From Alphaproteobacteria bacterium (GTDB taxonomy: Bacteria; Pseudomonadota; Alphaproteobacteria; UBA2966; CAIVPW01): 64,000 nucleotides of DNA. Below, piece by piece: positions 24,215 to 34,437 of this stretch. The position numbers and the translations under genes were made by a program. The notes beneath the pieces were generated by a model. That model saw only the letters and a program-made list of their open reading frames with translations, did no database searches and was not told where the DNA came from. Each line of letters opens with the position of its first letter. Within the stretch, counting starts at the first letter, position 1. The DNA is taken from NCBI GenBank assembly GCA_947481575.1, contig CANKGV010000014.1, positions 2,903 through 66,902 of the forward strand. Reading direction: 5' to 3'.

Positions 24215-27016
24215 TCACGCGGGGGCCACGGCTTCGGTGCAGCGGTGGCACAGGTCCGGATGGTCGCGCCCGACTTCCGGCAACACGCGCCAACAGCGCT
24301 CGCACTTGGCGCCAATGGCGCCCGGCGCGCGCACGGCAACGCCCGGCACGTCGAGCAGGGTAAACATGGTTTCGCCTTCCGGTGCCGGGCCGTCGTGCAG
24401 CGTGATGCCGGACGTGATGCACAGCTCGGCAAAGTCGATCGCGCCTAGGGCCGCGCGATACGGAGCCACGCCCCACACCGAGGGGTGCGCCTGCAAGGAT
24501 GCGCCGATGCGCTTTTCACGGCGCTCGACTTCGAGTGCGCCGTTCACTACGCGGCGCAGCTCCCGCACCTTGTCCATGCGCGCGCCCAATGCATCGTCGC
24601 GCCACCCACTTGGGATCGCCGGAAACTGGCGCAGGTGGACGCTGTTGGCATCGCCGGGGTTGCGGGCGAGCCACGCTTCCTCGGCGGTGAACACCAGGAT
24701 CGGCGCGAGCCATGCGGTGAGGCAGGAATAGATTTCCGCCATCACGGTGCGGGCGGCACGGCGGCGGGCGGCGGTGGGGGCATCGCAGTACAGCGAATCC
24801 TTGCGCACGTCGAAGTAGAACGAAGAGAGGTCCACCGTGCAGAACGTGTGCAGGGCGGTGTACATGTCGTGGAAGTCGAAGTTCTCGCACGCGTTGCGCA
24901 CGAGCACGTCCAACTCGGCCAAGCGGTGCAACACCCAGCGGTCGGGTTCCGGCATCGCCGCGGGGGCCACGCGCTCGGCCTCCGTGAAGCCGTCCAGCGC
25001 ACCCATGATGTAGCGCAGGGTGTTGCGGAGCTTGCGGTAGCTTTCGACCTGGGCCTGGACGATGTTGGCGCCGATGCGCAGATCTTCGGTGTAGTCGGAC
25101 GACACCACCCACAGGCGCAGAATGTCGGCGCCGTATTTCTGGATGATCTCTTGCGGCGCGACCACGTTGCCGAGGGACTTCGACATCTTGCGGCCTTCGC
25201 CGTCGAGCACGAAGCCGTGGGTGAGCACGGATTTATACGGCGCGCGGCCGCGGGTGCCGCACGATTCCAGCAGCGACGATTGGAACCAGCCGCGGTGCTG
25301 GTCGGACCCTTCAAGGTACAGAGACGCCGGCCACTCCAAGTCCTTGTTCGGTTCCAGCACGAACGAGTGGGTGGTGCCGGAATCGAACCAGACGTCGAGC
25401 GTGTCTTTCGACGCCTCATAGTCATCCGGGTTGTAGTCGGGCGCCAAGAACCGCGTGGGCGGGCCCATGAACCAGCAATCGCCGCCGTGTTCTTCGAACG
25501 CTTTGACGATGCGGGCGTTGACCGCCTCGTCGCGCAACGGCTGGCCGGTGTGTTTGTTCAGGAACACGGTGATCGGCACGCCCCACTGGCGCTGGCGCGA
25601 GACGACCCAGGCCGGGCGCGATTCCACCATCGAGTAGATGCGGTTGCGGCCCTGGGCCGGGACCCAGCGGACTTGATCGATCGCAGCGAGCGCCTTTTGC
25701 CGCAAGTCGTTGGTGTCCATGCTGATGAACCACTGCGGCGTGGTGCGGAAAATCAGCGGCGCTTTGGCGCGCCAGGAATGCGGGTACGAGTGGACGATCT
25801 TGCCGCGGCCCAGCAACGTGCCGTTGGCGATCAGCGCCTCGCACACCGGGTCGTCGGCCTTGTAAACGTGCAAGCCCGCGAACAGCGGCACGTTCGGGTA
25901 GTAGCGACCGTCTTCCATGACCGTCGCCGGTACCTCGATACCGTGCTGCTGGCCGAGGATGAAGTCGTCCTCGCCATGGCCAGGGGCGATGTGAACAAAG
26001 CCCGTGCCGGTTTCCATGTCGACGAAGCCGGCGGACAGCAGCGGCACTTCGAAGTCGTAGCCCTTGCCGAACAGCGGGTGGGCCAACTCGGTGCCGTGCA
26101 TCTCAACGCCCGGGAACTCGGCAAGCACCTCGCACGCTTCGATGCCCGCGGCGGCCTTGACCGATTCCAGCAGCGGCTTGGCGACGATGATTTCCTCACC
26201 GGCGCGGGCGAGGCTGCCGGACTTCACGGCGGTGAGCTTCACCCGCACGTAGTGCTGGTCCGCCGCGTAGGCGACGGCGCGGTTGCCCGGAAGAGTCCAT
26301 GGCGTGGTGGTCCAGATCACCACCGATGCGCCGGAGACCGCCGCGGGGCCGGTGACAACCCGAAACCGCACGAACACCGTGGTGGATTCGTGGTCGTGGT
26401 ATTCGACTTCGGCTTCCGCGAGCGCCGTCTTTTCCACCGGCGACCACATCACCGGCTTCAGGCCCTTGTAGAGGCCGCCGTTCATTAGAAACCGCAGCAG
26501 CTCGCGCACGATCTGCGCTTCGGCCGCGTTGGCCATGGTCGTGTAGGGATGCGCCCAATCGCCTTCGATGCCGAGGCGCTGGAATTCCTCGCTTTGGACG
26601 GCGATCCACTTCTGCGCGAACTTGCGGCACTCGTCGCGGAATTCCAGGATCGGCACTTGATCCTTGTCGCGTCCCGCCTTGCGGTAGTCCTGCTCGACCT
26701 GCCACTCGATCGGCAGACCGTGGCAATCCCAACCCGGCACGTAGGCCGAGTCGTGGCCGGTCATCGCCTTGGAGCGATTGATGACGTCCTTCAGGATCTT
26801 GTTGAGCGCGTGGCCGATGTGGATGTGGCCGTTCGCGTAAGGCGGCCCGTCGTGCAGGATGAACTTGGGCTTGCCCTTGGCGTCATCGCGCAGGCGCTGG
26901 CGCAGCCCCATGCGTTGCCAACGGGCGAGCATGTCGGGCTCGCGCTCGGGCAGCGACGCCTTCATCGGGAAGTCGGTCTTGGGCAGGAATACGGTCGGGC
27001 GGTAGTCTTCGGCCAT
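24215..27016 (-). CDS. ileS: Isoleucine-tRNA ligase (bacterial type 1)
   Basis: LHDGPPYANG, HIGH, PGWDCHGLPIE, WTTTPWT, GTGFVHIAPGHG, KMSKS, C-terminal CERCW..CHRC. Start ATG 27016. Confidence 0.98.
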   Translation of the reverse strand: MAEDYRPTVFLPKTDFPMKASLPEREPDMLARWQRMGLRQRLRDDAKGKPKFILHDGPPYANGHIHIGHALNKILKDVINRSKAMTGHDSAYVPGWDCHGLPIEWQVEQDYRKAGRDKDQVPILEFRDECRKFAQKWIAVQSEEFQRLGIEGDWAHPYTTMANAAEAQIVRELLRFLMNGGLYKGLKPVMWSPVEKTALAEAEVEYHDHESTTVFVRFRVVTGPAAVSGASVVIWTTTPWTLPGNRAVAYAADQHYVRVKLTAVKSGSLARAGEEIIVAKPLLESVKAAAGIEACEVLAEFPGVEMHGTELAHPLFGKGYDFEVPLLSAGFVDMETGTGFVHIAPGHGEDDFILGQQHGIEVPATVMEDGRYYPNVPLFAGLHVYKADDPVCEALIANGTLLGRGKIVHSYPHSWRAKAPLIFRTTPQWFISMDTNDLRQKALAAIDQVRWVPAQGRNRIYSMVESRPAWVVSRQRQWGVPITVFLNKHTGQPLRDEAVNARIVKAFEEHGGDCWFMGPPTRFLAPDYNPDDYEASKDTLDVWFDSGTTHSFVLEPNKDLEWPASLYLEGSDQHRGWFQSSLLESCGTRGRAPYKSVLTHGFVLDGEGRKMSKSLGNVVAPQEIIQKYGADILRLWVVSSDYTEDLRIGANIVQAQVESYRKLRNTLRYIMGALDGFTEAERVAPAAMPEPDRWVLHRLAELDVLVRNACENFDFHDMYTALHTFCTVDLSSFYFDVRKDSLYCDAPTAARRRAARTVMAEIYSCLTAWLAPILVFTAEEAWLARNPGDANSVHLRQFPAIPSGWRDDALGARMDKVRELRRVVNGALEVERREKRIGASLQAHPSVWGVAPYRAALGAIDFAELCITSGITLHDGPAPEGETMFTLLDVPGVAVRAPGAIGAKCERCWRVLPEVGRDHPDLCHRCTEAVAPA

Positions 27017-27171
27017 GGGTACGCTCAGGCTTGTGGATGTTTCGGGGACGACGGAACCCCGGCCCTCGCCTAGAGGGCCGGGCCGATAATTCGCATCCCC
27101 GCGAATGCCGAGCGCTGCGCCATGGGGCGCGTTGTAACAACTCGGCCGGAACGTGTCGAGAAATGACGCGG

Positions 27172-28116
27172 CTAGAGCGTCGCCGGAGTCACGGCCAAGA
27201 TGCCGCGCGCGGCGGTCGAATCGGCGTCCATCGCCTGGGTGAGTTCGGCCAGACCCGGGAACTTCATCTCGGGCCGCAGGAACGCGACCATCTGGACGCA
27301 TACGCGGCGGCCATAGAGATCGCCGGTGTAATCGAACAGGTGCGCCTCCAGCAGCGGTGCGCCGGCATCGAACATGGGGCGGATGCCGAGGCTGGCCACG
27401 GCGGGGCGCCAGTGCGGTTCATCGCCGACGCGGACGCGAACGGCATAGACGCCGAAGCGCGCTCGCAGGATCGGTCCCAGCGGCACATTGGCGGTGGGGT
27501 AGCCGAGGGTGCGGCCGCGGGCAGCACCGTGGCGGACGATGCCGGTGATTTCCCACCAGCGGCCGAGCTGCTGGGCGGCGGCGGCGGGATCGCCCGCTTC
27601 CAGCAGCGCGCGGATGCGGCGCGAGGCATAGGCTTCGCGCTCTGGTGAAGCCACCGGCGCCACCACGCTGAGGCCGAAGCCGTGGGTGCGGGCAAAGCGA
27701 TCCAGCACGGCGGTGTTGCCGCTGCGGCCGCGGCCGAAAACAAAATCGTGGCCGACGGCAACATGGGCGGCGCTGAGACCGTTCACCAGCACCCGGGTGG
27801 CAAATTCGTCCGCATCCAACCGCGAGAACGCGGGGGTGAAGTGGGCGACGAATAGGACATCGACTCCCGCTTCGGCGAGGTAGCGCGCCTTGAGGCGGAA
27901 CGGGGTAATGCGGAATGGGGCACCGGGGCGCAGAACGCCGCGCGGGTGCGGTTCAAACGTGAGTACGGCGGTGGGAGCATCCATGCGGCCGGCAGCTTCG
28001 CGCGCGGCGGCGATGACTTCGCGATGGCCCAAGTGGACACCGTCGAAGTTGCCGATGGCAACCGCGGCGCCGCGGGTGGCAGCGGGGGGCTGCAGGATGG
28101 TACGGACAATGCGCAT
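27172..28116 (-). CDS. ribF: Bifunctional riboflavin kinase/FAD synthetase
   Basis: IGNFDGVHLGH, TFEPHP, GHDFVFG, GRTLGYPTAN, LLEAHLFD, LRPEMKF. Upstream of ileS-lspA. Confidence 0.97.
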   Translation of the reverse strand: MRIVRTILQPPAATRGAAVAIGNFDGVHLGHREVIAAAREAAGRMDAPTAVLTFEPHPRGVLRPGAPFRITPFRLKARYLAEAGVDVLFVAHFTPAFSRLDADEFATRVLVNGLSAAHVAVGHDFVFGRGRSGNTAVLDRFARTHGFGLSVVAPVASPEREAYASRRIRALLEAGDPAAAAQQLGRWWEITGIVRHGAARGRTLGYPTANVPLGPILRARFGVYAVRVRVGDEPHWRPAVASLGIRPMFDAGAPLLEAHLFDYTGDLYGRRVCVQMVAFLRPEMKFPGLAELTQAMDADSTAARGILAVTPATL

Positions 28117-28171
28117 CGGCGCGGGCCATATAATGGCAGCGGTGAAGGCGGCGCAACCCGGGAGCCCGGAA

Positions 28172-29140
28172 ATGCCCAAAGCGATCGTGCAGCAAGCGGC
28201 GGGCGGGCCGGAAGTGCTGACCTACCAGGACGTGCCGATGCCGCGCCCTGGGCCCGGCGAGGTATTGGTGCGCCACACCGCCATCGGCGTGAACTTTGTC
28301 GATATCTACCGCCGCCGCGACACGACCGCGAAGTACCCGCTGATCCCCGGCGCGGAAGGCGTGGGCGTGGTGGAAGCGGCGGGGCCGGGCGTGAGATTGG
28401 TCAAGACCGGCGACCGGGTCGGCTATGCGACCCGCACGGGAGGCGCCTATGCCGAGTACCGGGCGTTGCCGGAGGGAGCCCTGATCCGCCTGCCGCCCGA
28501 TATCGCCGACGATGCGGCCGCTACCATTCTGCTCAAGGGGTTCACCGCCGAATACCTGCTGCACCGCACGCATGCGGTGCGGGCGGGCGAGACGATCCTG
28601 GTGCACGCGGCGGCGGGCGGCATGGGGCTGACCCTGTGCCGGTGGGCACGCGCGATCGGCGCGCGGGTGCTGGGCACGGTCTCAACGCCAGAGAAAGCTG
28701 CGGCGGCAACGGCTGCCGGCTGCGAATCGCCGATCCTGTACACGCGCGAGGACTTTGCCGCGCGGGCCAAGGAACTGACCGGCGGACGTTGCGTGGATGT
28801 GGTGTATGACGGGATTGGGCGCGCGACGTTTCTGCAATCACTCGACGCGCTGGCCGCGTTGGGACACCTGATTTCGTATGGGCAAGCATCGGGGCACCCG
28901 GACCCGTTCACCTTGACCCAACTGGCCGCGAAGTCGCTGACGGTGTCGCGCCCGACCCTGTTCGACTACACCGCCGATCGCGCGCGCTACGACGACATGG
29001 CGGTGCGGGTGTTCGACGCGGTACGGCGCGGGTGGGTCCAACCAACCGTGCAGCGGCGCATCGCGCTAAGCGATGCGGCCGAAGCCCACCGGGCGCTCGA
29101 AGCGCGCGAGACGATCGGCGCGACGGTGCTGATCCCGTAA
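28172..29140 (+). CDS. NADPH:quinone oxidoreductase (zeta-crystallin/Qor family)
   Basis: GGPEVL, AIGVNFVD..R, PGAEGVG, HAAAGGMG, VVYDGIG, HRALEAR.T.G. Confidence 0.92.
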   Translation: MPKAIVQQAAGGPEVLTYQDVPMPRPGPGEVLVRHTAIGVNFVDIYRRRDTTAKYPLIPGAEGVGVVEAAGPGVRLVKTGDRVGYATRTGGAYAEYRALPEGALIRLPPDIADDAAATILLKGFTAEYLLHRTHAVRAGETILVHAAAGGMGLTLCRWARAIGARVLGTVSTPEKAAAATAAGCESPILYTREDFAARAKELTGGRCVDVVYDGIGRATFLQSLDALAALGHLISYGQASGHPDPFTLTQLAAKSLTVSRPTLFDYTADRARYDDMAVRVFDAVRRGWVQPTVQRRIALSDAAEAHRALEARETIGATVLIP

Positions 29141-29143
29141 CGC

Positions 29144-30283
29144 TTAGATGTGGTGCGGCACCGGCGCGGGGGCGCGGAATCGCACCCACATGGCGTGGAA
29201 CACCGCCCCGGTGGCGATGGTGTAGGCGATCCAGACCAGAAGGTCACCGGCCCACGGCACCCACGTAATGAAGCCGATGACCAGGAAGCCGACCTTGGTC
29301 CAAAAGACGCGACCCCAGAATGCGGGTTCCTGCAGGGACACCGTCGTGAACCCGCGGAAGCGCAGGCCGATCCAGTACGCGGCAACAGCACTCCCAAGTG
29401 CCGACAAGATTACGCCGAAGAACCACAACAGGAGCGCTACTGGGATGCCGATCAGGGTGATCAGCAGCAGGACACCCGCGAGCGGGAGGCCAATGGTGAG
29501 GCCGAGGCCCAGGCCGAACGAGGCCACCGGCCGCACCGAGAACTGATCGGCGCCGGACGACAGCAGGCCCGGCACCGCGAGGTGCAGGACCCCCGCCAGG
29601 ACCGTGAACGCGACCACCCAGGCGACGAGCCGCACTAGGCGGTTGACGATGGTCGTCGTGGCATCGATTGGGGCGACGGTCGGCGCCGGTAGCACTTCCA
29701 CCGCGCCGATGATGGCGGTGGGGCTGATTTCGGCGGGACGGTCGGCCGAATAGCGCAGGGTGCCGGTGATGCGGGCCCGCGGCCCGATGCGCAGCGTGCC
29801 GGCCCGCACGGTTACGTCGCCGGCGACGGTGCCCTCGATGGTGACGGCGCTGGCGGCGGTGCGCAGGCTGCCGCCCACCGCGCCGGCAACATCGACGGTG
29901 GCGCCGGCCAGGTAAGCGTTGCCGGTGACTTCAGCGCCCTCTTGGATCGTTACGCTGCGGCCGGCGGCGTAGAGATCATGCCCAACCTTGCCTTCGACGC
30001 TGACGAAGTTGCCACCCAAATAGGTGTTGCGGACCACCGTACCGGTGACGATGACATCGCCACCCGCCAGGAACACGTTCTGCGCGTAGGTGCCGAGGAT
30101 ATTGACGCGGCTGCCCGCGACGAACGCATCGTCGGCAGCGCCATCCACCACCCGGACGTCGCCACCGGCGGCGAATAGGCGGCCAGCATCGACGGTGCGC
30201 CCCGCGCGGGTTTGGTCTTGGGCCGCAACCGGTAGCGCGACCGCGACCACAGCGGCAATCGCCGCGAGCTTGAACCAGCGCAT
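29144..30283 (-). CDS. Membrane protein with polymer-forming (bactofilin-like) beta-helix repeats and a C-terminal multi-TM domain
   Basis: Signal peptide, repeated G-x-V-x-I-x-G-x-V-x-G-(N/D) units, then about five hydrophobic helices. Confidence 0.75.
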   Translation of the reverse strand: MRWFKLAAIAAVVAVALPVAAQDQTRAGRTVDAGRLFAAGGDVRVVDGAADDAFVAGSRVNILGTYAQNVFLAGGDVIVTGTVVRNTYLGGNFVSVEGKVGHDLYAAGRSVTIQEGAEVTGNAYLAGATVDVAGAVGGSLRTAASAVTIEGTVAGDVTVRAGTLRIGPRARITGTLRYSADRPAEISPTAIIGAVEVLPAPTVAPIDATTTIVNRLVRLVAWVVAFTVLAGVLHLAVPGLLSSGADQFSVRPVASFGLGLGLTIGLPLAGVLLLITLIGIPVALLLWFFGVILSALGSAVAAYWIGLRFRGFTTVSLQEPAFWGRVFWTKVGFLVIGFITWVPWAGDLLVWIAYTIATGAVFHAMWVRFRAPAPVPHHI

Positions 30284-30287
30284 CGGA

Positions 30288-32216
30288 CTAGGCCCTCCCT
30301 GCTTCCGCCGCGGCGCGCAGAACCGCGGGGTGCTGCGAACGGTATTCCGGCACGAGTTCGGACAGGATGGCCAGGGTTTCCACGGCGTGACGCTGCAGCG
30401 CCGCGCGCTCCAGGCGCTCTAGCCGCGGGCGCAGCAGTTCGTAATCCATGGCGCGGGCGGTGCCGAACTGGATTCCGGGGTAGCGCGACGCGCGCAGGTT
30501 CTCGGCGGCGTGGAACAGCTCTTCGGCGAGCTTCTCGCCCGGGCGCAGGCCGGTGAATTCGATGGCAATGTCGACGCCGGGGCGCTTGCCGGACAGGCGG
30601 ATCATTTGGCGCGCCAGATCCTGGATGCGCACCGGTTCGCCCATATCGAGCACGAAGATCGTGTCGGACCCGGCTTCCTCGGCTGGGATCGCGGTAGCTT
30701 GCAACACCAGTTCGACCGCTTCGCGCACCGTCATGAAGTAGCGAGTGACGTCCGGATGAGTGACCTTGAGCGGACCGCCGGTGGCGAGCTGGCGTTCGAA
30801 CAGCGGAATCACCGAGCCGGTGGAGCCGAGTACGTTGCCGAACCGCACGGTGACGAAACGGGTAGGCGAAGCGCCACGGCTGAGCGCCTGCAGCACGATC
30901 TCGGCGGCGCGCTTTGTGGCGCCCATGACCGACGAGGCGTTGACTGCCTTGTCGGTGGAGATGAGCACCATCGCCGCGGTGCCGGCGGCGCGGCAAGCTT
31001 CGGCCACGTTGCGGGTGCCGATAGCGTTGGTCAGCACCGCTTCGTCCGGGTTCAACTCGGACAGCGGCACGTGCTTGAACGCCGCAGCGTGGAACACGAG
31101 TTCGGGGCGCTCGGTCTGGAACAGCGCCGATAGGCACTTGGGGTCGCGGACGTCGCCCAGGATCGCCGCACGCGGGATCGCTGGGAAGCGCTCGCCCACG
31201 TCCATGTCGATGGTGAACAGGTTGAACTCGCCGTTGTCGAACAGCACAAGGCGGGCTGGGCCGAACGCCGCCACCTGGCGCGCGAGTTCCGAACCGATGG
31301 TGCCACCGGCGCCGGTGACCAGGACGCGGCGGCCGGCGATCAGGCGCTGCATCGATTCGCGGTCCAACACTTTTTGCGGCCGGCCCAGGAGGTCTTCGAC
31401 ATCGACCTTGCGCACCTCGACAGCACCTTCGCGGAAATCGGTGAGCTTGGGCACGCGCGCGACGGTGAGGCCGAGCGCCTCGGCGGTTTCGATGAGCGCG
31501 CCGATGGTGGCGCGGTCGAGGTCGGCGGCAAACACCATGCGGTGCGGGCGGCGGCCACGGGCGGCGAGTTGTTCCACCACCGCGGGGATATCGCCGATCG
31601 CGCCCAGCACGCGGATGCCGCGAATGTCGCGGCCGATACGGCCGGGGCGGTCGTCGACGATGCCGACGACTTGGTAGGGCGCGGTGCGGGAGCGCGACAT
31701 TTCGCGGATGAACGCTTCCGCCGAGTCACCCGCACCGACCACCAACACCGGCACGCGCTGGCGGTCGAGGCGCTCGAAGCTCGTCCGCAGGTTGCCATCC
31801 TTCAGCGCGCGGTAGAGGAACCGCGGCACGGTTAGGAAAGCGATCAGGAGCGCCCAGGTGATGGGCAACGACGAGCGCGGGAAGGCTTCCAGGCGGTTGA
31901 CGACGAACAGTGCCGGCAGGAACAGCACTACGGCGATGGTGGTGGCGCGCACGATCGCGACCAGGTCGTTGAACGACGCGTAGTGCCAGATGCCGCGGTA
32001 CAGGCCTTGGGTCCAGAACACGACGCCGCACACCGCAGCAAACACGACGGTGCCCTGCCACAGGAAGCCGAATGCCTGGGGGGTGCCTTCGAGCAGGTAG
32101 CGGACTTGCAGCGCAGCCTCGAACGCGAGCGCCGCCATGACCAGGTCGTGCAACGCCACCGCGCCGATGCGGGCGTTGAGCTTGTATTTCATCTTGGCCT
32201 GGGGCCCAGAAGTCAT
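30288..32216 (-). CDS. Membrane-bound UDP-GlcNAc 4,6-dehydratase (CapD/WbpM/PglF family)
   Basis: N-terminal TM helices, VTGAGGTIGSEL, HAAAFKHVP, STDKAVN, MGATK, RFGNVLGSTGSV, MTVREAVELV, GLRPGEKL. Confidence 0.93.
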   Translation of the reverse strand: MTSGPQAKMKYKLNARIGAVALHDLVMAALAFEAALQVRYLLEGTPQAFGFLWQGTVVFAAVCGVVFWTQGLYRGIWHYASFNDLVAIVRATTIAVVLFLPALFVVNRLEAFPRSSLPITWALLIAFLTVPRFLYRALKDGNLRTSFERLDRQRVPVLVVGAGDSAEAFIREMSRSRTAPYQVVGIVDDRPGRIGRDIRGIRVLGAIGDIPAVVEQLAARGRRPHRMVFAADLDRATIGALIETAEALGLTVARVPKLTDFREGAVEVRKVDVEDLLGRPQKVLDRESMQRLIAGRRVLVTGAGGTIGSELARQVAAFGPARLVLFDNGEFNLFTIDMDVGERFPAIPRAAILGDVRDPKCLSALFQTERPELVFHAAAFKHVPLSELNPDEAVLTNAIGTRNVAEACRAAGTAAMVLISTDKAVNASSVMGATKRAAEIVLQALSRGASPTRFVTVRFGNVLGSTGSVIPLFERQLATGGPLKVTHPDVTRYFMTVREAVELVLQATAIPAEEAGSDTIFVLDMGEPVRIQDLARQMIRLSGKRPGVDIAIEFTGLRPGEKLAEELFHAAENLRASRYPGIQFGTARAMDYELLRPRLERLERAALQRHAVETLAILSELVPEYRSQHPAVLRAAAEAGRA

Positions 32217-33265
32217 GCGAACGGCGCGTCCTCGGGGCGAGTGGCGGTGGCGCGGCGCCCAAGGTACCACAACAGACCGGCGGTTAGGACCGCACCGACG
32301 CCCACGGCGGGCCATGCCAGGGCCGGGATCACGGTGGCCGCCAGCGCCAGCACGATCAGGAACGCATCGAGGTAGACCATCAGCAGCACCACGGCCGCGT
32401 GGTCGCCCATCGACGCGGCGGCGCGCTGGTAGAAGTGCTCGCGGTGAGCCCGCCACGGCGCCTGGCCGCGCAGCACGCGGCGCAGCAGAGTGATGCTCGC
32501 ATCCGCCACGAAGAACAGCGGCAGCAGGATGGCGGCGGCCCAGCCACCATGGGCGGCCAATTGCAGCAATAGCCAGCCCAGCAGGTAACCGAGCGGGATG
32601 CTGCCGACATCGCCCAAGAACACCCGCGCCGGGCGCCAGTTCCACAGTAGGAAGCCGAGCGCGGCGGCGGCGGCGGTGAGACCGTAGAGCGCATGGATCG
32701 GCGCCGCACCGAGCAGAACAGCGACGACGGCGATGCCGAAGCCGACGGCGATGGTTTGGGTGCCGGCAATACCGTCGATCCCGTCCATGAAGTTGAACAG
32801 GTTGATGAACCAAACCCAGATCACCGCCGCGAGCGTGAGTTCCGCCCAGGCCGGCAGGCCCAGAAAAAGCCCCGGCGGAATTGTGGCGAGGCCCCCAACC
32901 ACCGCCAGCACCTGCGCGGCGAGACGCACGAGGGGCGAGAGATTGCGGCGCAGGTCATCGATCCACGAGATCGCGCCCAGCGCGGCGGCGATCACCAAGA
33001 TGCGGTCGGGGGCGGCGGTGCCGGCGCCGAACGCGGCCGGGGCCGACAGCGCGGCGACACTCCACGTGAGCAGCAGGGCGACCACCGGACCGACGCCGCC
33101 GCCGTTGGGCGTCGGCACGGTGTGGCTGGAGCGGTGGTTGGGGCTTTCCAGCGCCCCGATCAAGCGCAGGAACCGCAACGTGAGGCCGGTGCCGAGCCAC
33201 GAAATCACGAACGCAGCGACGGTCAGGCCACCGAGCCATAGAGCGAGGTTGGCTTCCAGACTCAC
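32213..33265 (-). CDS. Polyprenyl-phosphate HexNAc-1-phosphate transferase (WecA/WbpL, MraY-like family)
   Basis: RSSHTVPTPNGGG, WIDD, NLFNFMDGIDG, VFLGDVGS, AHREHFYQR. Start GTG 33265. Confidence 0.92.
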   Translation of the reverse strand: MSLEANLALWLGGLTVAAFVISWLGTGLTLRFLRLIGALESPNHRSSHTVPTPNGGGVGPVVALLLTWSVAALSAPAAFGAGTAAPDRILVIAAALGAISWIDDLRRNLSPLVRLAAQVLAVVGGLATIPPGLFLGLPAWAELTLAAVIWVWFINLFNFMDGIDGIAGTQTIAVGFGIAVVAVLLGAAPIHALYGLTAAAAALGFLLWNWRPARVFLGDVGSIPLGYLLGWLLLQLAAHGGWAAAILLPLFFVADASITLLRRVLRGQAPWRAHREHFYQRAAASMGDHAAVVLLMVYLDAFLIVLALAATVIPALAWPAVGVGAVLTAGLLWYLGRRATATRPEDAPFA

Positions 33266-34437
33266 GGTTCGTCGGCCGGAGTGAGGGCGCGGGCGAGCAC
33301 GGCGGCGAGGCCGAGGCTGGCGAGCCACCAGTTCTGCCATAGGCCGTACGACGCCGCGCCGAAGCTGAGCGCGGTGGCCAACACTGCCGCAGCGGGCATG
33401 CGCGGGCGCGCCGGAAGCTTGGCGATGCCGATGCCGACGAGGGCGATCACTGCGGCCAACGCGAGGCCGCCGGGCAGGCCGAGTTCGAGCCACGCCTGCA
33501 GTGCGACGTCATGGGGATGCAGGGACAACGCTGGGCCGCCTTTGAATACCGGCACGTCACCGCCGGGGATGCTGCGGGACGCATCGAGGCCCCAGCCGAG
33601 CAGCGGCTTCTCGGCGATGCGCGCGGCCGCGAAGTCCCAGATATAGAGGCGGTGCAGGATCGACGAACGCTCCTCGGCCAGCGCCGAGCCGAACCGCTCC
33701 GGCGCAATGCTGCCCGCGACCAACGGCGCCACCAGCACGGCAACCATCGCCGCCAACGTGACGGCCACGACGGCGCGGCGGCCGCCCCACCACGCCAGCG
33801 CAAATGCAGCGCCGCCGGCGACGAGGGCGACACGGGCGGTGACACTTTCGCCAAGCGCCACGAGCGCGAAGGCGGCGAGCACCGCGGCGAGCGCGGCGAT
33901 CCGTGACGAGGGCCACAGCCGCGCCGCCAGGGGCCACACCATCAGGGTGAGCACGGTGAGGCCGGGGTTGAGCACGGTCAGTTCAAGGTGTTCGTCACCG
34001 GGCTTGGTCCCCCGGGCGAAGTTCGCGATCGGCAGGTCGCCCAGAATCTCGACGGCGAGCAGGATGCAGCCAAGGACGTAGCCGGCGACTGCGGCGCGCA
34101 GCACGATGGCCGCCCCGGACGCGTCGGGCCGGGCGGCGCCCCAGGCCACCAGGGCCGTCGCGAACAGGACCGCAAGCGACAGCGCCAAATGCAGTGCATC
34201 GGCGGGGACCACGGCCAACGGCGCAGTGACGGCCGCCCAGACGATCAGCGCCGCGAGTACCCACGCCACCGGCAGGCGCCCGAGGGCGGCGATGCCGCCA
34301 CGGAGCGCGGTCCACGCCAGCAGCGGCACGGCGGCGAGCAACAGCAGCGCGGTTTCGCCCTGGGAGGCGACGGCGCCGAGGGGCAGGAACATCAGTGCAG
34401 CAAACGCCACGGCATAGGTGCGGACGCGATCGCTCAT
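33262..34437 (-). CDS. O-antigen ligase (Wzy_C) family protein
   Basis: Multi-TM protein with RLYIW, PLLGWG and a C-terminal HPHDVALQAWLELG segment. Confidence 0.85.
   Translation of the reverse strand: MSDRVRTYAVAFAALMFLPLGAVASQGETALLLLAAVPLLAWTALRGGIAALGRLPVAWVLAALIVWAAVTAPLAVVPADALHLALSLAVLFATALVAWGAARPDASGAAIVLRAAVAGYVLGCILLAVEILGDLPIANFARGTKPGDEHLELTVLNPGLTVLTLMVWPLAARLWPSSRIAALAAVLAAFALVALGESVTARVALVAGGAAFALAWWGGRRAVVAVTLAAMVAVLVAPLVAGSIAPERFGSALAEERSSILHRLYIWDFAAARIAEKPLLGWGLDASRSIPGGDVPVFKGGPALSLHPHDVALQAWLELGLPGGLALAAVIALVGIGIAKLPARPRMPAAAVLATALSFGAASYGLWQNWWLASLGLAAVLARALTPADEP

Noticed and set aside
24485-26488. 667-aa ORF on the + strand
   Set aside because: Antisense shadow of ileS.
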